Assembly (NCBI GenBank): GCA_049325535.1 | Contig: JBMOKY010000001.1 | Location: 557,942 to 621,941 of the forward strand | DNA length: 64,000 bases | From: Patescibacteria group bacterium | GTDB lineage: Bacteria > Patescibacteriota > Patescibacteriia > UBA10025 > JAHIVO01 | Direction: 5' to 3' | In this document: positions 20,628 through 28,638 of the stretch, piece after piece | How the letters are laid out: each line of letters starts with the position of its first letter | How positions within the stretch are numbered: position 1 is the first letter of the stretch | The notes under the pieces: generated by a model | The model's database searches: none | What the model saw: only the letters and a program-made list of their open reading frames with translations | What the model was told of the DNA's origin: nothing | Position numbers and translations under genes: made by a program

Positions 20628-21476
20628 ATGACGTATGTACGGCGCCACTATCGGGGAGGGGAGTCAACAGGACCGCACCAGAATCCGATTCATACGCGAC
20701 CAAACTGGCAATCATATGTGATAGCTCATTTTAGTTTTTTTGTCTGGCTCATGATCCTCTGCGTTCTGACCGTCTCGTATTTTCTTTTTTACAGTAATAC
20801 TTTTCGTATTACACTTGTCCGGGTCGTAGGGACTAGTGCGAGCACTGCGCACGAATTATACCGTGATATCATCCAGCCTCAACTCAGTGATCATCGATTA
20901 TTGATTATTCCCCAGTATTCGACCACAACGTTTGACAGCCAAAAACTCGAATCCAGCATTGCTGCTGCATATTCTGTGGAGGATGTATCCGTAAAAAAAA
21001 GCCTGTTTCAAAAGAAACTTACCATTACTATCGTTGAAAAACCACCAGAAATAATATGGTATTCAAATTCCACTTACTATTACGTCGACTACAAGGGTGA
21101 TATTGCCCAAATAGTTACCGACATATCTGCCGTCAGCGACCAATACGCCCAGGTAATCGACCAGTCAAATTCACCGGTTTCCACACAGCAGCACATACTG
21201 GATGACGACCGAATCGTATTTATACGAGATTGTTTTACCCGGATGAAAAATTTTAGTGAGTTGCCAATATTTAATTTTTCCCTTGCAAATAATCTTTCGA
21301 CGCAGCTGATTGTTCACATCACTGACAAACCTTTTGTGCTATACCTTGACATGAGCGCCTCCCTCGATACGCAGCTGCTCAAGCTAGAACGTGTTCTCGC
21401 CGACGATACATTGACTGCAAAAAATCCCCAGGAATATATCGACCTTCGCATCGGTGATAAAGTGTATTTTAAATAA
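20628..21476 (+). CDS. FtsQ/DivIB-like cell-division protein with a POTRA domain
   Basis: A single TM (FSFFVWLMILCVLTVSYFLF) followed by FRITLVRVVGTS POTRA-like beta strands. Position downstream of ddl matches dcw-cluster order. ATG at 20628 preferred. Confidence 0.5.
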   Translation: MTYVRRHYRGGESTGPHQNPIHTRPNWQSYVIAHFSFFVWLMILCVLTVSYFLFYSNTFRITLVRVVGTSASTAHELYRDIIQPQLSDHRLLIIPQYSTTTFDSQKLESSIAAAYSVEDVSVKKSLFQKKLTITIVEKPPEIIWYSNSTYYYVDYKGDIAQIVTDISAVSDQYAQVIDQSNSPVSTQQHILDDDRIVFIRDCFTRMKNFSELPIFNFSLANNLSTQLIVHITDKPFVLYLDMSASLDTQLLKLERVLADDTLTAKNPQEYIDLRIGDKVYFK

Positions 21477-21479
21477 TCC

Positions 21480-22196
21480 ATGCCCTACATCAAAAAGAAA
21501 AAAATCTGGCTTTCTCCAACGGGCCTTGAGAGCGCAAAACGTTGTCCCCGGTGTTTTTGGCTTCAGTACCGGAAAAAACTACGGCAGCCCGAAGGTATTG
21601 TTTCTCGGCTGGCGAACAGATTTGATGTTATAATCAAGCAATACTTCGATCTCTATCGGCCTCTGGGTGAGATCCCACCGCTCTTGCAGGGCAAAGTGGC
21701 AGGCACACTACAGCACCCTTTTCAGGAGGCTTATTTTTATCATCATGATGATGATTATGGATTGATGGGCAAATTGGACGAGTGCCTGGTGACCAGCGAC
21801 GGCCACTATACCCCAGTGGACCACAAAACCTCCAGCTCAGATCCAAACGATCGTCCGTTGATTCCAGCATACCAAATGCAACTCGACACCTATGCTTTTC
21901 TCCTGGATCGCAATAATCGTCCATCGAGTGGCATTGGCCATTTGCTATACTTTTTTCCGGCAACAGCCAAAGATCTCCATAACCGATTTCCGATGCAAAT
22001 AACTCTGAAGACGCTGAAGACGGACCCTGAAAATTGCCTGGCCGCATTCAAACACGCCGTCTCCGTTCTAGAAAAACCCATGCCCACACCTTCTGCCGAC
22101 TGCCCGTTCTGCACCTGGCATACCCAGTACACCGAAATGACCAACAGTGCTCCGCCCGCACTAAAGAAAAAGAAGAAGGGGACTCTGCCGTTTTAG
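21480..22196 (+). CDS. PD-(D/E)XK nuclease of the Cas4/RecB-like (DUF83) family with a 4-Cys cluster
   Basis: N-terminal CPRC and C-terminal CPFC. VDHKTS (D-x-K) and the QxxxY motif YQMQLDTYAFLL, typical of RecB-family nucleases. Confidence 0.6.
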   Translation: MPYIKKKKIWLSPTGLESAKRCPRCFWLQYRKKLRQPEGIVSRLANRFDVIIKQYFDLYRPLGEIPPLLQGKVAGTLQHPFQEAYFYHHDDDYGLMGKLDECLVTSDGHYTPVDHKTSSSDPNDRPLIPAYQMQLDTYAFLLDRNNRPSSGIGHLLYFFPATAKDLHNRFPMQITLKTLKTDPENCLAAFKHAVSVLEKPMPTPSADCPFCTWHTQYTEMTNSAPPALKKKKKGTLPF

Positions 22197-22223
22197 ACAG
22201 CGACGCATCACTTTTGCATAACT

Positions 22224-22260
22224 AAAAAAGACTCTCCAGTGACGGTGAGTCTTTTTTATT
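22224..22260. terminator. Bidirectional rho-independent terminator between convergent genes
   Basis: An A-run, an AAGACTC / GAGTCTT stem and a T-run. Lies between the nuclease gene (+) and hup (-). Confidence 0.65.
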
Positions 22261-22268
22261 TTAGTCAG

Positions 22269-22550
22269 CTAGAGAATCGCTTCTTTCGCGGCTTTGGCGA
22301 CGCGGAATTTCACGACTGTCTTGGCCGGAATCTGGATGGTTTGACCCGTCGCAGGATTGCGGCCTTGGCGTGCGGCGCGGTGTTTTTTCACCAGCTTCCC
22401 GAGACCGGGAACGGTGAATTCACCCGACGACTTAACTTCGCCATAGGCGGTCTCGACGAGAAGATCCATCATGCTGCCTACCTCTTTTTTGGAGAGGCCG
22501 GATTTCTCGGCAAGGTGAGCCATGAGCTGAGACTTTGTCATCTTTGCCAT
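22269..22550 (-). CDS. hup: DNA-binding protein HU
   Basis: MAKMTKSQLMAHLAEKSGLSKKEVGSMMDLLVETAYGEV ... GRNPATGQTIQIPAKTVVKFRVAKAAKEAIL is canonical HU/IHF. Confidence 0.9.
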   Translation of the reverse strand: MAKMTKSQLMAHLAEKSGLSKKEVGSMMDLLVETAYGEVKSSGEFTVPGLGKLVKKHRAARQGRNPATGQTIQIPAKTVVKFRVAKAAKEAIL

Positions 22551-22808
22551 GGTTTTTTTACCGTTAATGGTAAACTTGGTAAAGACCTTTCATAGCCAAG
22601 TATACCATGAGCATAAAGAAAAACCAATGTTTATGGGGCTAAAATAGCTGTGGATAATCAGATGTCTATAAGAAAACAAACCAAAAATTGATATATAAGG
22701 CTAAAGTTAGCCAAAATATCACTTTTAGCCCTATCCCTTAACATTTAAAATTTTTTACCGAATTTCGCACTGTGATATACTAAAATCATCAACTAACCGA
22801 AAAATGAC

Positions 22809-23072
22809 ATGGATGACAATACTTTCAAAGAAGAGATAAAAATAAGCGGCGATCAACTGGTAGAAACCGTCAAGAAACTGGTGCATGAAGCAAACGTCCG
22901 TAAATTGATTATCAAAGATGAAGCGGGAAAAACCTTGATGGAGATTCCAGTATCAGTCGCGTCCATAGGAGCGATCATTTTACCGGTATTGGCAGCGCTC
23001 GGGGCGCTTGCTGCTTTAGTCACGAATTGTAGCATCGAAATCGTAAAGGTAAAAAATAATACTCAGGCGTAA
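22809..23072 (+). CDS. Small conserved hypothetical protein (DUF4342-like)
   Basis: 87 aa. A charged N-terminus and a hydrophobic C-terminal segment (IGAIILPVLAALGALAALV). Resembles the short DUF4342 family from memory. Confidence 0.35.
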   Translation: MDDNTFKEEIKISGDQLVETVKKLVHEANVRKLIIKDEAGKTLMEIPVSVASIGAIILPVLAALGALAALVTNCSIEIVKVKNNTQA

Positions 23073-23148
23073 CGGTACTTTTGTTCTAGTTTTTTTGAGT
23101 AACAGCTCTTTCACAGGGCAATGCCCGTTTTAAGGAGGCGGGTGATTT

Positions 23149-23478
23149 ATGGACTTCGCAGTATACGTATTGGGAGCATCGGTTTTTTGTTTCTTTCTGG
23201 CGATACTCGCCCAAGGATTCAAAGAGCCAAAGACGAGAATGCACGCATTGGCCAGCAATTCCGAATTGCCGGAGATTGCTGAACGCCACTACAATCGCGT
23301 TCGAAATTTCCAGAGATTTTGCATGTGGGCCGGCGTCGTGCTGATTGTGGCTGCCGCTGCCACGTTCATTATCCCGCGCTGGGATAATCTCCAGCGCAAT
23401 CTCAATAAGGGTAAACAAACTTCCAGTTTGATTCAGCCCTCGACAGGCCAGCATGTGCTGGCCTCTTGTTATAATTGA
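23149..23478 (+). CDS. Hypothetical two-TM membrane protein
   Basis: 109 aa with two hydrophobic helices. Preceded by a strong SD (AAGGAGG) at 23132-23138. Confidence 0.45.
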   Translation: MDFAVYVLGASVFCFFLAILAQGFKEPKTRMHALASNSELPEIAERHYNRVRNFQRFCMWAGVVLIVAAAATFIIPRWDNLQRNLNKGKQTSSLIQPSTGQHVLASCYN

Positions 23479-23536
23479 CCAAACATCACCAGGTACCGTA
23501 CAATACCCATGAACCCATTCGCGATAGGAGGCACGC

Positions 23537-23857
23537 ATGCTCATTCAAATTGAACTTTCTCGGGAGGCGGCGCTGGTTATTGCGAATCAAGATCTGGACG
23601 TTTCTGTCGTCGGCCCCATTCATAATCAGTGTATTGCCAGTGTGAAAACGCTAAGCGGCAGCATGGTATTTTCAGTTGCTATGCCCGACGTCCTTGCCGA
23701 AGAGCTTCGTCAGGGAGTCAGCGCAATTCTCAATCGTTCGCGCGATCTGGTTCGTTCATCCGATTGGGATGGACTTGGATTAGTTATCCGACTGGATAAC
23801 GAAGTATCAGTCCGCCGCAGCTCAGTGCGCGAAGCGCTTAACATGAAGCGAAACTAG
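23537..23857 (+). CDS. Hypothetical soluble protein
   Basis: 106 aa. Strong SD (AGGAGG) at 23526-23531. Followed by a rho-independent terminator. Confidence 0.45.
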   Translation: MLIQIELSREAALVIANQDLDVSVVGPIHNQCIASVKTLSGSMVFSVAMPDVLAEELRQGVSAILNRSRDLVRSSDWDGLGLVIRLDNEVSVRRSSVREALNMKRN

Positions 23858-23885
23858 AAAGAGTGTTTCTCGACGCACAAAACAC

Positions 23886-23927
23886 ACCGCCGTACGGTTT
23901 TACACCAACGGCGGTCCTTTTTTTCGT
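23886..23927 (+). terminator. Rho-independent terminator
   Basis: ACCGCCG...CGGCGGT stem followed by CCTTTTTTTCG. Confidence 0.65.
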
Positions 23928-23930
23928 TGA

Positions 23931-23969
23931 TCAAAAAAACACCCCGCCAAACCGTTTGGAATGGCGGGG
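23931..23969 (-). terminator. Rho-independent terminator for the convergent minus-strand gene
   Basis: CCCCGCCA...TGGCGGGG stem. On the minus strand it is followed by a T-run. Confidence 0.6.
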
Positions 23970-23995
23970 GAGCCGTTTAGCTTTTCTCTGAAGCT

Positions 23996-24769
23996 TTACA
24001 TCAGGTTCATCTGATCAAGCCGCTCGAAGTACGAGCGAACATCAGCATCGCTGATGAGGTAGCCCGTCGACTGGTAGGTCCGAAATCGGACAAATTCACC
24101 TGGCATCAGGTCATACTGCGATGCTCCATCGAAGTCACTCAATGGAAACGTCGGCTGCAGGCGAGCTGCATACGGGATGATAGCTGGCAAGCTCTCCAGC
24201 GGTAGTTGTCTTGCCTGATACAGATGCATCAGCGACGACAGCGTCGAGGCATACGACCGTGTCAGGTGGAACGGGCAAGATATATTGATTGCCACCTTGA
24301 CATCGAGCTCCAGACACTGTTCGGCCATCCAGTCAGCCTGCTGCTGGGTGTAGAGTGGCGCATCTTGTTGGATCGGAATCTGATCGGTCGGCCGGAAATT
24401 GAACGGCTCGTTCAGCAACATGTCGCGGTTGAGCCGGACATACCCATCACGTCCGTAGAAAAACGGATGCACTCCACCGATGATCAGCTTGGTGAACTGC
24501 GGAGAGCTGTGATACAGGTCAATAGCGTCTCCCATGCGTGCCGGGCCATGAAATCCAGGATAGATTATCATGGAATCAGCTGACTGGGGGATATGCCTAG
24601 ACCAGCTCAAGATGGCCATCTGGATGATTGCCAAAGCCTGGTCATCATTCGGCTGAATGATCCGCGGGATAGCTGTCTGTGGAATAGCCACTGTAGTACC
24701 TCCAAAGAAAGTTGAAAAAAGATCAAAAATATTTCCGGCAAGTGTAGCAACAGATAGCAGTTTTGTCAA
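23996..24769 (-). CDS. Hypothetical protein, possibly DUF218/YdcF-like
   Basis: 257 aa. LIIGGVHPFFYG and ISCPFHLTRSYAS loosely resemble the DUF218 GGG and TS-YH-R motifs. Confidence 0.35.
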   Translation of the reverse strand: MTKLLSVATLAGNIFDLFSTFFGGTTVAIPQTAIPRIIQPNDDQALAIIQMAILSWSRHIPQSADSMIIYPGFHGPARMGDAIDLYHSSPQFTKLIIGGVHPFFYGRDGYVRLNRDMLLNEPFNFRPTDQIPIQQDAPLYTQQQADWMAEQCLELDVKVAINISCPFHLTRSYASTLSSLMHLYQARQLPLESLPAIIPYAARLQPTFPLSDFDGASQYDLMPGEFVRFRTYQSTGYLISDADVRSYFERLDQMNLM

Positions 24770-24807
24770 TGCATACAGGTAGAATCAAAAAAGCTCAAAA
24801 AGCCCAT

Positions 24808-24835
24808 TTGACCTGTTTTTGGCATATGCTACAAT
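24808..24835 (+). promoter_or_regulatory. Sigma70-like promoter: TTGACC, 16-nt spacer, TACAAT
   Basis: Good hexamers upstream of the integrase leader. Confidence 0.45.
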
Positions 24836-24879
24836 GATTATGTTACTCGGTATAATATCTCTTACACCGAATCGCAAAG

Positions 24880-24951
24880 CGTCCTGAGCAAAGCGAAGGA
24901 GCCCCCTGCCGATAGTACAATAACCTTTGTCATTCTGAGCGTAGCGAATGA
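24880..24951. repeat. Two imperfect 21-bp direct repeats upstream of the integrase
   Basis: cgtcCTGAGCaaAGCGAAgGA at 24880-24900 and cattCTGAGCgtAGCGAAtGA at 24931-24951, 51 bp apart. Confidence 0.5.
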
Positions 24952-24983
24952 ATCTCCGCGCATCGCGGCAACAATAAACATTT

Positions 24984-25940
24984 ATGCCCAAGCAAAAGAA
25001 CCAACTACCCCATCTGGATGACTTCCTCTTGAACCTCCAGACCAATAGCTACTCCGAAAAGACCATATACAACTATGAACGTGATTTGGAGGTATTCCTG
25101 GTGTGGCTGCAGGACGAGTCCTCTAAGCCCTTCACAGGCCTCCAGAGGCGCGATATTGAGCTCTACAAGGCCTATTTGGTGTCACGCGACAGGAATACCC
25201 CCACCGGCCAAAAAGCCCCAAATAGGCTCAATTCTTACTCAATTAACCGAATGTTGTCCAGTTTTCGCACATATTTGAGGTTTTTAATCGATAATGACTA
25301 CCCCTGTCCGATTAACCCCCAAATGGTGAAGCTCACCAAGACCGCCAAACCACACCCCCAGGTAGCAGAACTCTCGGATATCGTCAGATTAATCGAATAC
25401 CCGAGTATAGCCGAGAAGGACGATAATAAGGTGGCACTCAGGAACCGGGCCATCCTGGAGGTACTTTTTGCCACTGGCCTGCGTATCTCCGAACTGGTAA
25501 GCTTAAACAAGAACCAAATCGATGCCACGGGCAAAATTTTCATTGAGGGAAAAGGACGCAAACAACGATTCGTCTATCTCACCGATCGTGCGAAGCGCAT
25601 CGTCCAAGAATATCTCAACACCCGCCGTGACTCATTTCCCGCCCTCTTCATCCCCTACCGCGGCCGTCATACCAAGTCCGGCAATGAAACGAGAATCTCA
25701 CCAGACTACATCCAGGTGAAGATAAAGGAGTACCGCGAAGCGTTAAGAATAAATGTCCCGACCTCGGCACACAGTTTACGCCACGGTTTCGCAACCTACC
25801 TAGCTGAGTCCGGCGCCAACCCAGCCGCCATCCAAATTCTGCTTGGACATGAGTCACTTGATACCACCACCCGCTACGTTAATGCATCTGATCGGTATGC
25901 TGAAAAAACTCACAAGAAGTACCACCCATTAGAAAAATAA
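24984..25940 (+). CDS. Tyrosine site-specific recombinase / phage-type integrase
   Basis: SAM-like N-terminal domain. Catalytic RHR-Y: HSLRHGFATYLAESGANPAAIQILLGHESLDTTTRYV. Confidence 0.9.
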   Translation: MPKQKNQLPHLDDFLLNLQTNSYSEKTIYNYERDLEVFLVWLQDESSKPFTGLQRRDIELYKAYLVSRDRNTPTGQKAPNRLNSYSINRMLSSFRTYLRFLIDNDYPCPINPQMVKLTKTAKPHPQVAELSDIVRLIEYPSIAEKDDNKVALRNRAILEVLFATGLRISELVSLNKNQIDATGKIFIEGKGRKQRFVYLTDRAKRIVQEYLNTRRDSFPALFIPYRGRHTKSGNETRISPDYIQVKIKEYREALRINVPTSAHSLRHGFATYLAESGANPAAIQILLGHESLDTTTRYVNASDRYAEKTHKKYHPLEK

Positions 25941-25999
25941 GCATTTTACTCCGACCGAGCATTGCGAGCTTCGGAAAAGAAATATCATCCGTTGGAAAA

Positions 26000-26419
26000 A
26001 TGACAAACGTTTCACTGGAACAATTCAAACTAATTGATCAGATTGATATATGCATTGATGAAATTAACCTACTGAAAGAAGTCTATGATGACACGCTAGC
26101 GAAGAAAAGCGTCACAGAAAAAGACTTCGTAACGATTATTGCACTAAATAAATCCATATTTACTGATATCGGCACGTTATTTGATCTGGACAGACGATCG
26201 GTTTCTTTATTCCAATTGTTTGGAAATTTGGTAATTGAAAAATGGATAAAGAAATTCAAAATTAAGGGTGTGTTGGACAGAAGGAACAAACAAGTAGCCC
26301 ACATAGACAGAAAAGAACTGGAAGGCAGAAAACTAACCCCGATGCTAATTAGAGATATTATTGAATTAAAGGAATTCCTACTTTTTCTAAAAAAAGAAAT
26401 AAACCAGCTGAAAAGCTGA
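26000..26419 (+). CDS. Hypothetical HEPN-like protein (possible RNase toxin)
   Basis: 139 aa. Low-GC coding sequence. R-x5-H motif (RNKQVAH) near the C-terminus of a small domain predicted to be helical. Confidence 0.35.
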   Translation: MTNVSLEQFKLIDQIDICIDEINLLKEVYDDTLAKKSVTEKDFVTIIALNKSIFTDIGTLFDLDRRSVSLFQLFGNLVIEKWIKKFKIKGVLDRRNKQVAHIDRKELEGRKLTPMLIRDIIELKEFLLFLKKEINQLKS

Positions 26420-26459
26420 ACGGAACATTTATTATTCTTTTAGTTCGTATTAAGCAGCT

Positions 26460-26726
26460 ATGCCCACCATCGAACAACTTGAACAAGAAATAAACCAAAT
26501 CAAAGAACGCAATCAAAAGGTTGAGGCGGACAAGGCATGGGAAACTAGCTTGGCGCGCAAGCTAATTATTCTGGTGCTCACGTATGTGGTGATCGTAATT
26601 TTCTTTTACATTGCCAAACTTCCTCGTCCCTGGATCAACGCCATTGTACCAGCAGTGGCGTTTGTATTGTCCACACTGACGTTATCGCTGTTTAAACGTG
26701 TGTGGATAAAAAAACAAACAAAATGA
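26460..26726 (+). CDS. Small protein with an N-terminal coiled coil and two TM helices
   Basis: 88 aa. EQLEQEINQIKERNQKVEADKAWE followed by two hydrophobic helices. Its stop overlaps the next gene's start (ATGA). Confidence 0.4.
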   Translation: MPTIEQLEQEINQIKERNQKVEADKAWETSLARKLIILVLTYVVIVIFFYIAKLPRPWINAIVPAVAFVLSTLTLSLFKRVWIKKQTK

Positions 26727-27136
26727 AAATCCTTATTAGCGGATCAATGCAATTCAGCGAAAAGATGCTTGAGGTAAAACAACAGCTCGAGGCTTTGGGT
26801 TATACCGCATTGGTGTCAAAATTTATTGAGCATTACATCGGTAAGGACGAAGCTGAAAAAGAAGGACTGAAACTCAAACATAAATACGAAGAAGACGCCA
26901 TTCGTGAGTATTGGGATCTGATGCAGGATGTAGACGCGTTGCTGGTATTAAATTACGACAAGCATGACATTAAAAACTACGTGGGGGGAAACGCCTTTCT
27001 TGAAATGGGTTTCGCCCATGTTCTGTATAAACCGATTTACCTATTAAACCCCATACCCACAATCCCCTATTACGGTACGGAAATCATAGCCCTAAAGCCA
27101 GTGGTGATTGACGGGAATTTACAGAGGATACAGTGA
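26723..27136 (+). CDS. Nucleoside 2-deoxyribosyltransferase / DNPH1(Rcl)-like N-glycosidase-family protein
   Basis: 137 aa. KILISGSMQF N-terminus, and GGNAFLEMGFAH matching the NDT-family G-x-x-[AT]-x-x-E-x-G-[YF]-A catalytic-Glu motif. Confidence 0.5.
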   Translation: MKILISGSMQFSEKMLEVKQQLEALGYTALVSKFIEHYIGKDEAEKEGLKLKHKYEEDAIREYWDLMQDVDALLVLNYDKHDIKNYVGGNAFLEMGFAHVLYKPIYLLNPIPTIPYYGTEIIALKPVVIDGNLQRIQ

Positions 27137-27157
27137 CACACTTGATAAAAGGGATCC

Positions 27158-27625
27158 ATGAATGATTTTACACAAGCATTAAAGAAAGAAAAAACGAGAC
27201 AAATGATACAGTCTTTGTTGTACCGATTGATTTATTTAGTTGTATCAGCACCGGTCGTACATTATTTTTTTAATGTAGATAGTGGAATCGCGACAGGAGC
27301 CGAAGAAATAGAACAAGAATTTATATTTATTATTGTAAGTGTCGCTGTCATATTTGCGATTGCCTGGATTCCAGGAATTTTAGAAATGATATATTCCAGG
27401 CAAAGAAAAGAAATAGAAACACTTTTTGAAAAGAACAACATTGAAGCTCCACCCTGGGCGGTACCACATGTTTGCCTCACGTTATATATCGCTACCCTAG
27501 CACTTGCCATTCAATACCCATTTGTTGGGTGGATTATTTGGATTATCACTATTGTGTACTCTGAGATATATTATTATAAAAAGCGTGAAGCTATTAATTT
27601 ACTTGCTCATGCACTCAGTGAATAA
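27158..27625 (+). CDS. Hypothetical 4-TM membrane protein (paralogue A)
   Basis: 155 aa with 4 predicted TM helices. C-terminal tail ...SEIYYYKKREA is shared with the next gene. Confidence 0.4.
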   Translation: MNDFTQALKKEKTRQMIQSLLYRLIYLVVSAPVVHYFFNVDSGIATGAEEIEQEFIFIIVSVAVIFAIAWIPGILEMIYSRQRKEIETLFEKNNIEAPPWAVPHVCLTLYIATLALAIQYPFVGWIIWIITIVYSEIYYYKKREAINLLAHALSE

Positions 27626-27654
27626 TAATCACTTGCTAGCTCTTAAATTACCGT

Positions 27655-28047
27655 ATGACTACAAAAAAACGTAACTTTATTTTTGGTCTAGCAATTCGAA
27701 TATTATATATTATACTTTCAATACCACTAGTTTTGCATATACCTGGTAATAGTGGTGTTCCCTATGATTCGACCAAGTATTTCTTCACTTTGGGTTTAGT
27801 TGGCATGGGTATTGTCGCGATAACGATTGATAAAATTAGATTACAAGCGCCTCCCCTAAAGAAACAAAAATCGCCCGTGGTGCTCAAGCTAAGTGATTGG
27901 TTAGTGCCTATAATCAGTTTTATTTTGTTCATGATAATACTTTTTTACATTATTGAATGGCCTATTTTAGCATGGGCTCTATTTCTGCTATACATTGCCA
28001 TCAATGAAATCTACTTGTTTAAACGGTCACGACGATCATTGCCATAA
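27655..28047 (+). CDS. Hypothetical 4-TM membrane protein (paralogue B)
   Basis: 130 aa. Same architecture and a similar ...NEIYLFKRSRR tail as the preceding gene. Confidence 0.4.
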   Translation: MTTKKRNFIFGLAIRILYIILSIPLVLHIPGNSGVPYDSTKYFFTLGLVGMGIVAITIDKIRLQAPPLKKQKSPVVLKLSDWLVPIISFILFMIILFYIIEWPILAWALFLLYIAINEIYLFKRSRRSLP

Positions 28048-28155
28048 ACCAATGGTAATTGACAGAGATTTTAAACAATAATATCCTCATGCTGAATTTA
28101 TTTCAGCATCTCAGGAGATCCCGAAACGAGTTCGGGATGAGGAGTGGTTACTAAT

Positions 28156-28620
28156 ATGAATATCATCAAAGCCACCCTGGAACACAAAACCCCCGCGCTG
28201 ACATTACTCGACGAATTCCGAACCAATGTCATGCGCCAGGAAAATCCGCAGTCAACAGTGGTATCAACCGACGCCATGGAAAAAGGCAGTGCGGTGTACG
28301 CTGAAGTAGTACAGTCAAACGACGGGGCCATATTTCTCGCACAAGATGGGAATGAGTTTGTGGGGATTATTACCATTTATCGCTTCCCACGTGTGCGAGC
28401 CGGAACGTATTATGCTGAAATTGAGGAAATGTTTGTCCGACCTGAATATCATGGAAAAGGTGTGGCGCAAGAATTAGTGCAAGCTGCCACGACCTGGGCC
28501 AAGGAAAACGGTGCTGAAACTATCACTACCAAAAGTGGTGAGAAACTAGCCCGCGCCCATGCATTTTACGAAAAGATTGGATTTCGAGTTTACGGAAAAG
28601 CATTTAAAAAACTGCTCTAA
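28156..28620 (+). CDS. GNAT-family N-acetyltransferase
   Basis: MFVRPEYHGKGVAQELVQAATTWAKENGAETI is the GNAT acetyl-CoA motif A region. SD (GAGGAG) upstream. Confidence 0.8.
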   Translation: MNIIKATLEHKTPALTLLDEFRTNVMRQENPQSTVVSTDAMEKGSAVYAEVVQSNDGAIFLAQDGNEFVGIITIYRFPRVRAGTYYAEIEEMFVRPEYHGKGVAQELVQAATTWAKENGAETITTKSGEKLARAHAFYEKIGFRVYGKAFKKLL

Positions 28621-28638
28621 TCTGTCATTTCGACTGAA

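Larger units (their letters stand above)
24984..28060. mobile_element. Integrase plus the adjacent AT-rich insertion. Candidate integrative element or defence islet. Boundaries are approximate.
   Basis: An integrase gene, a tandem diverged duplication of its 3' end, and about 2 kb of markedly AT-rich DNA (roughly one third GC) carrying small overlapping genes. Confidence 0.35.

Noticed and set aside
22239-22595. 118-aa plus-strand ORF
   Set aside because: It lies entirely antisense to the unmistakable HU gene (22269-22550, minus strand). Its composition is that of a shadow ORF.
25941-25975. Possible terminator hairpin immediately after the integrase
   Set aside because: The candidate stems (ccga...tcgg, gagc...gagc) are not complementary enough. 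The segment is better explained as the diverged duplicate of the integrase 3' end.
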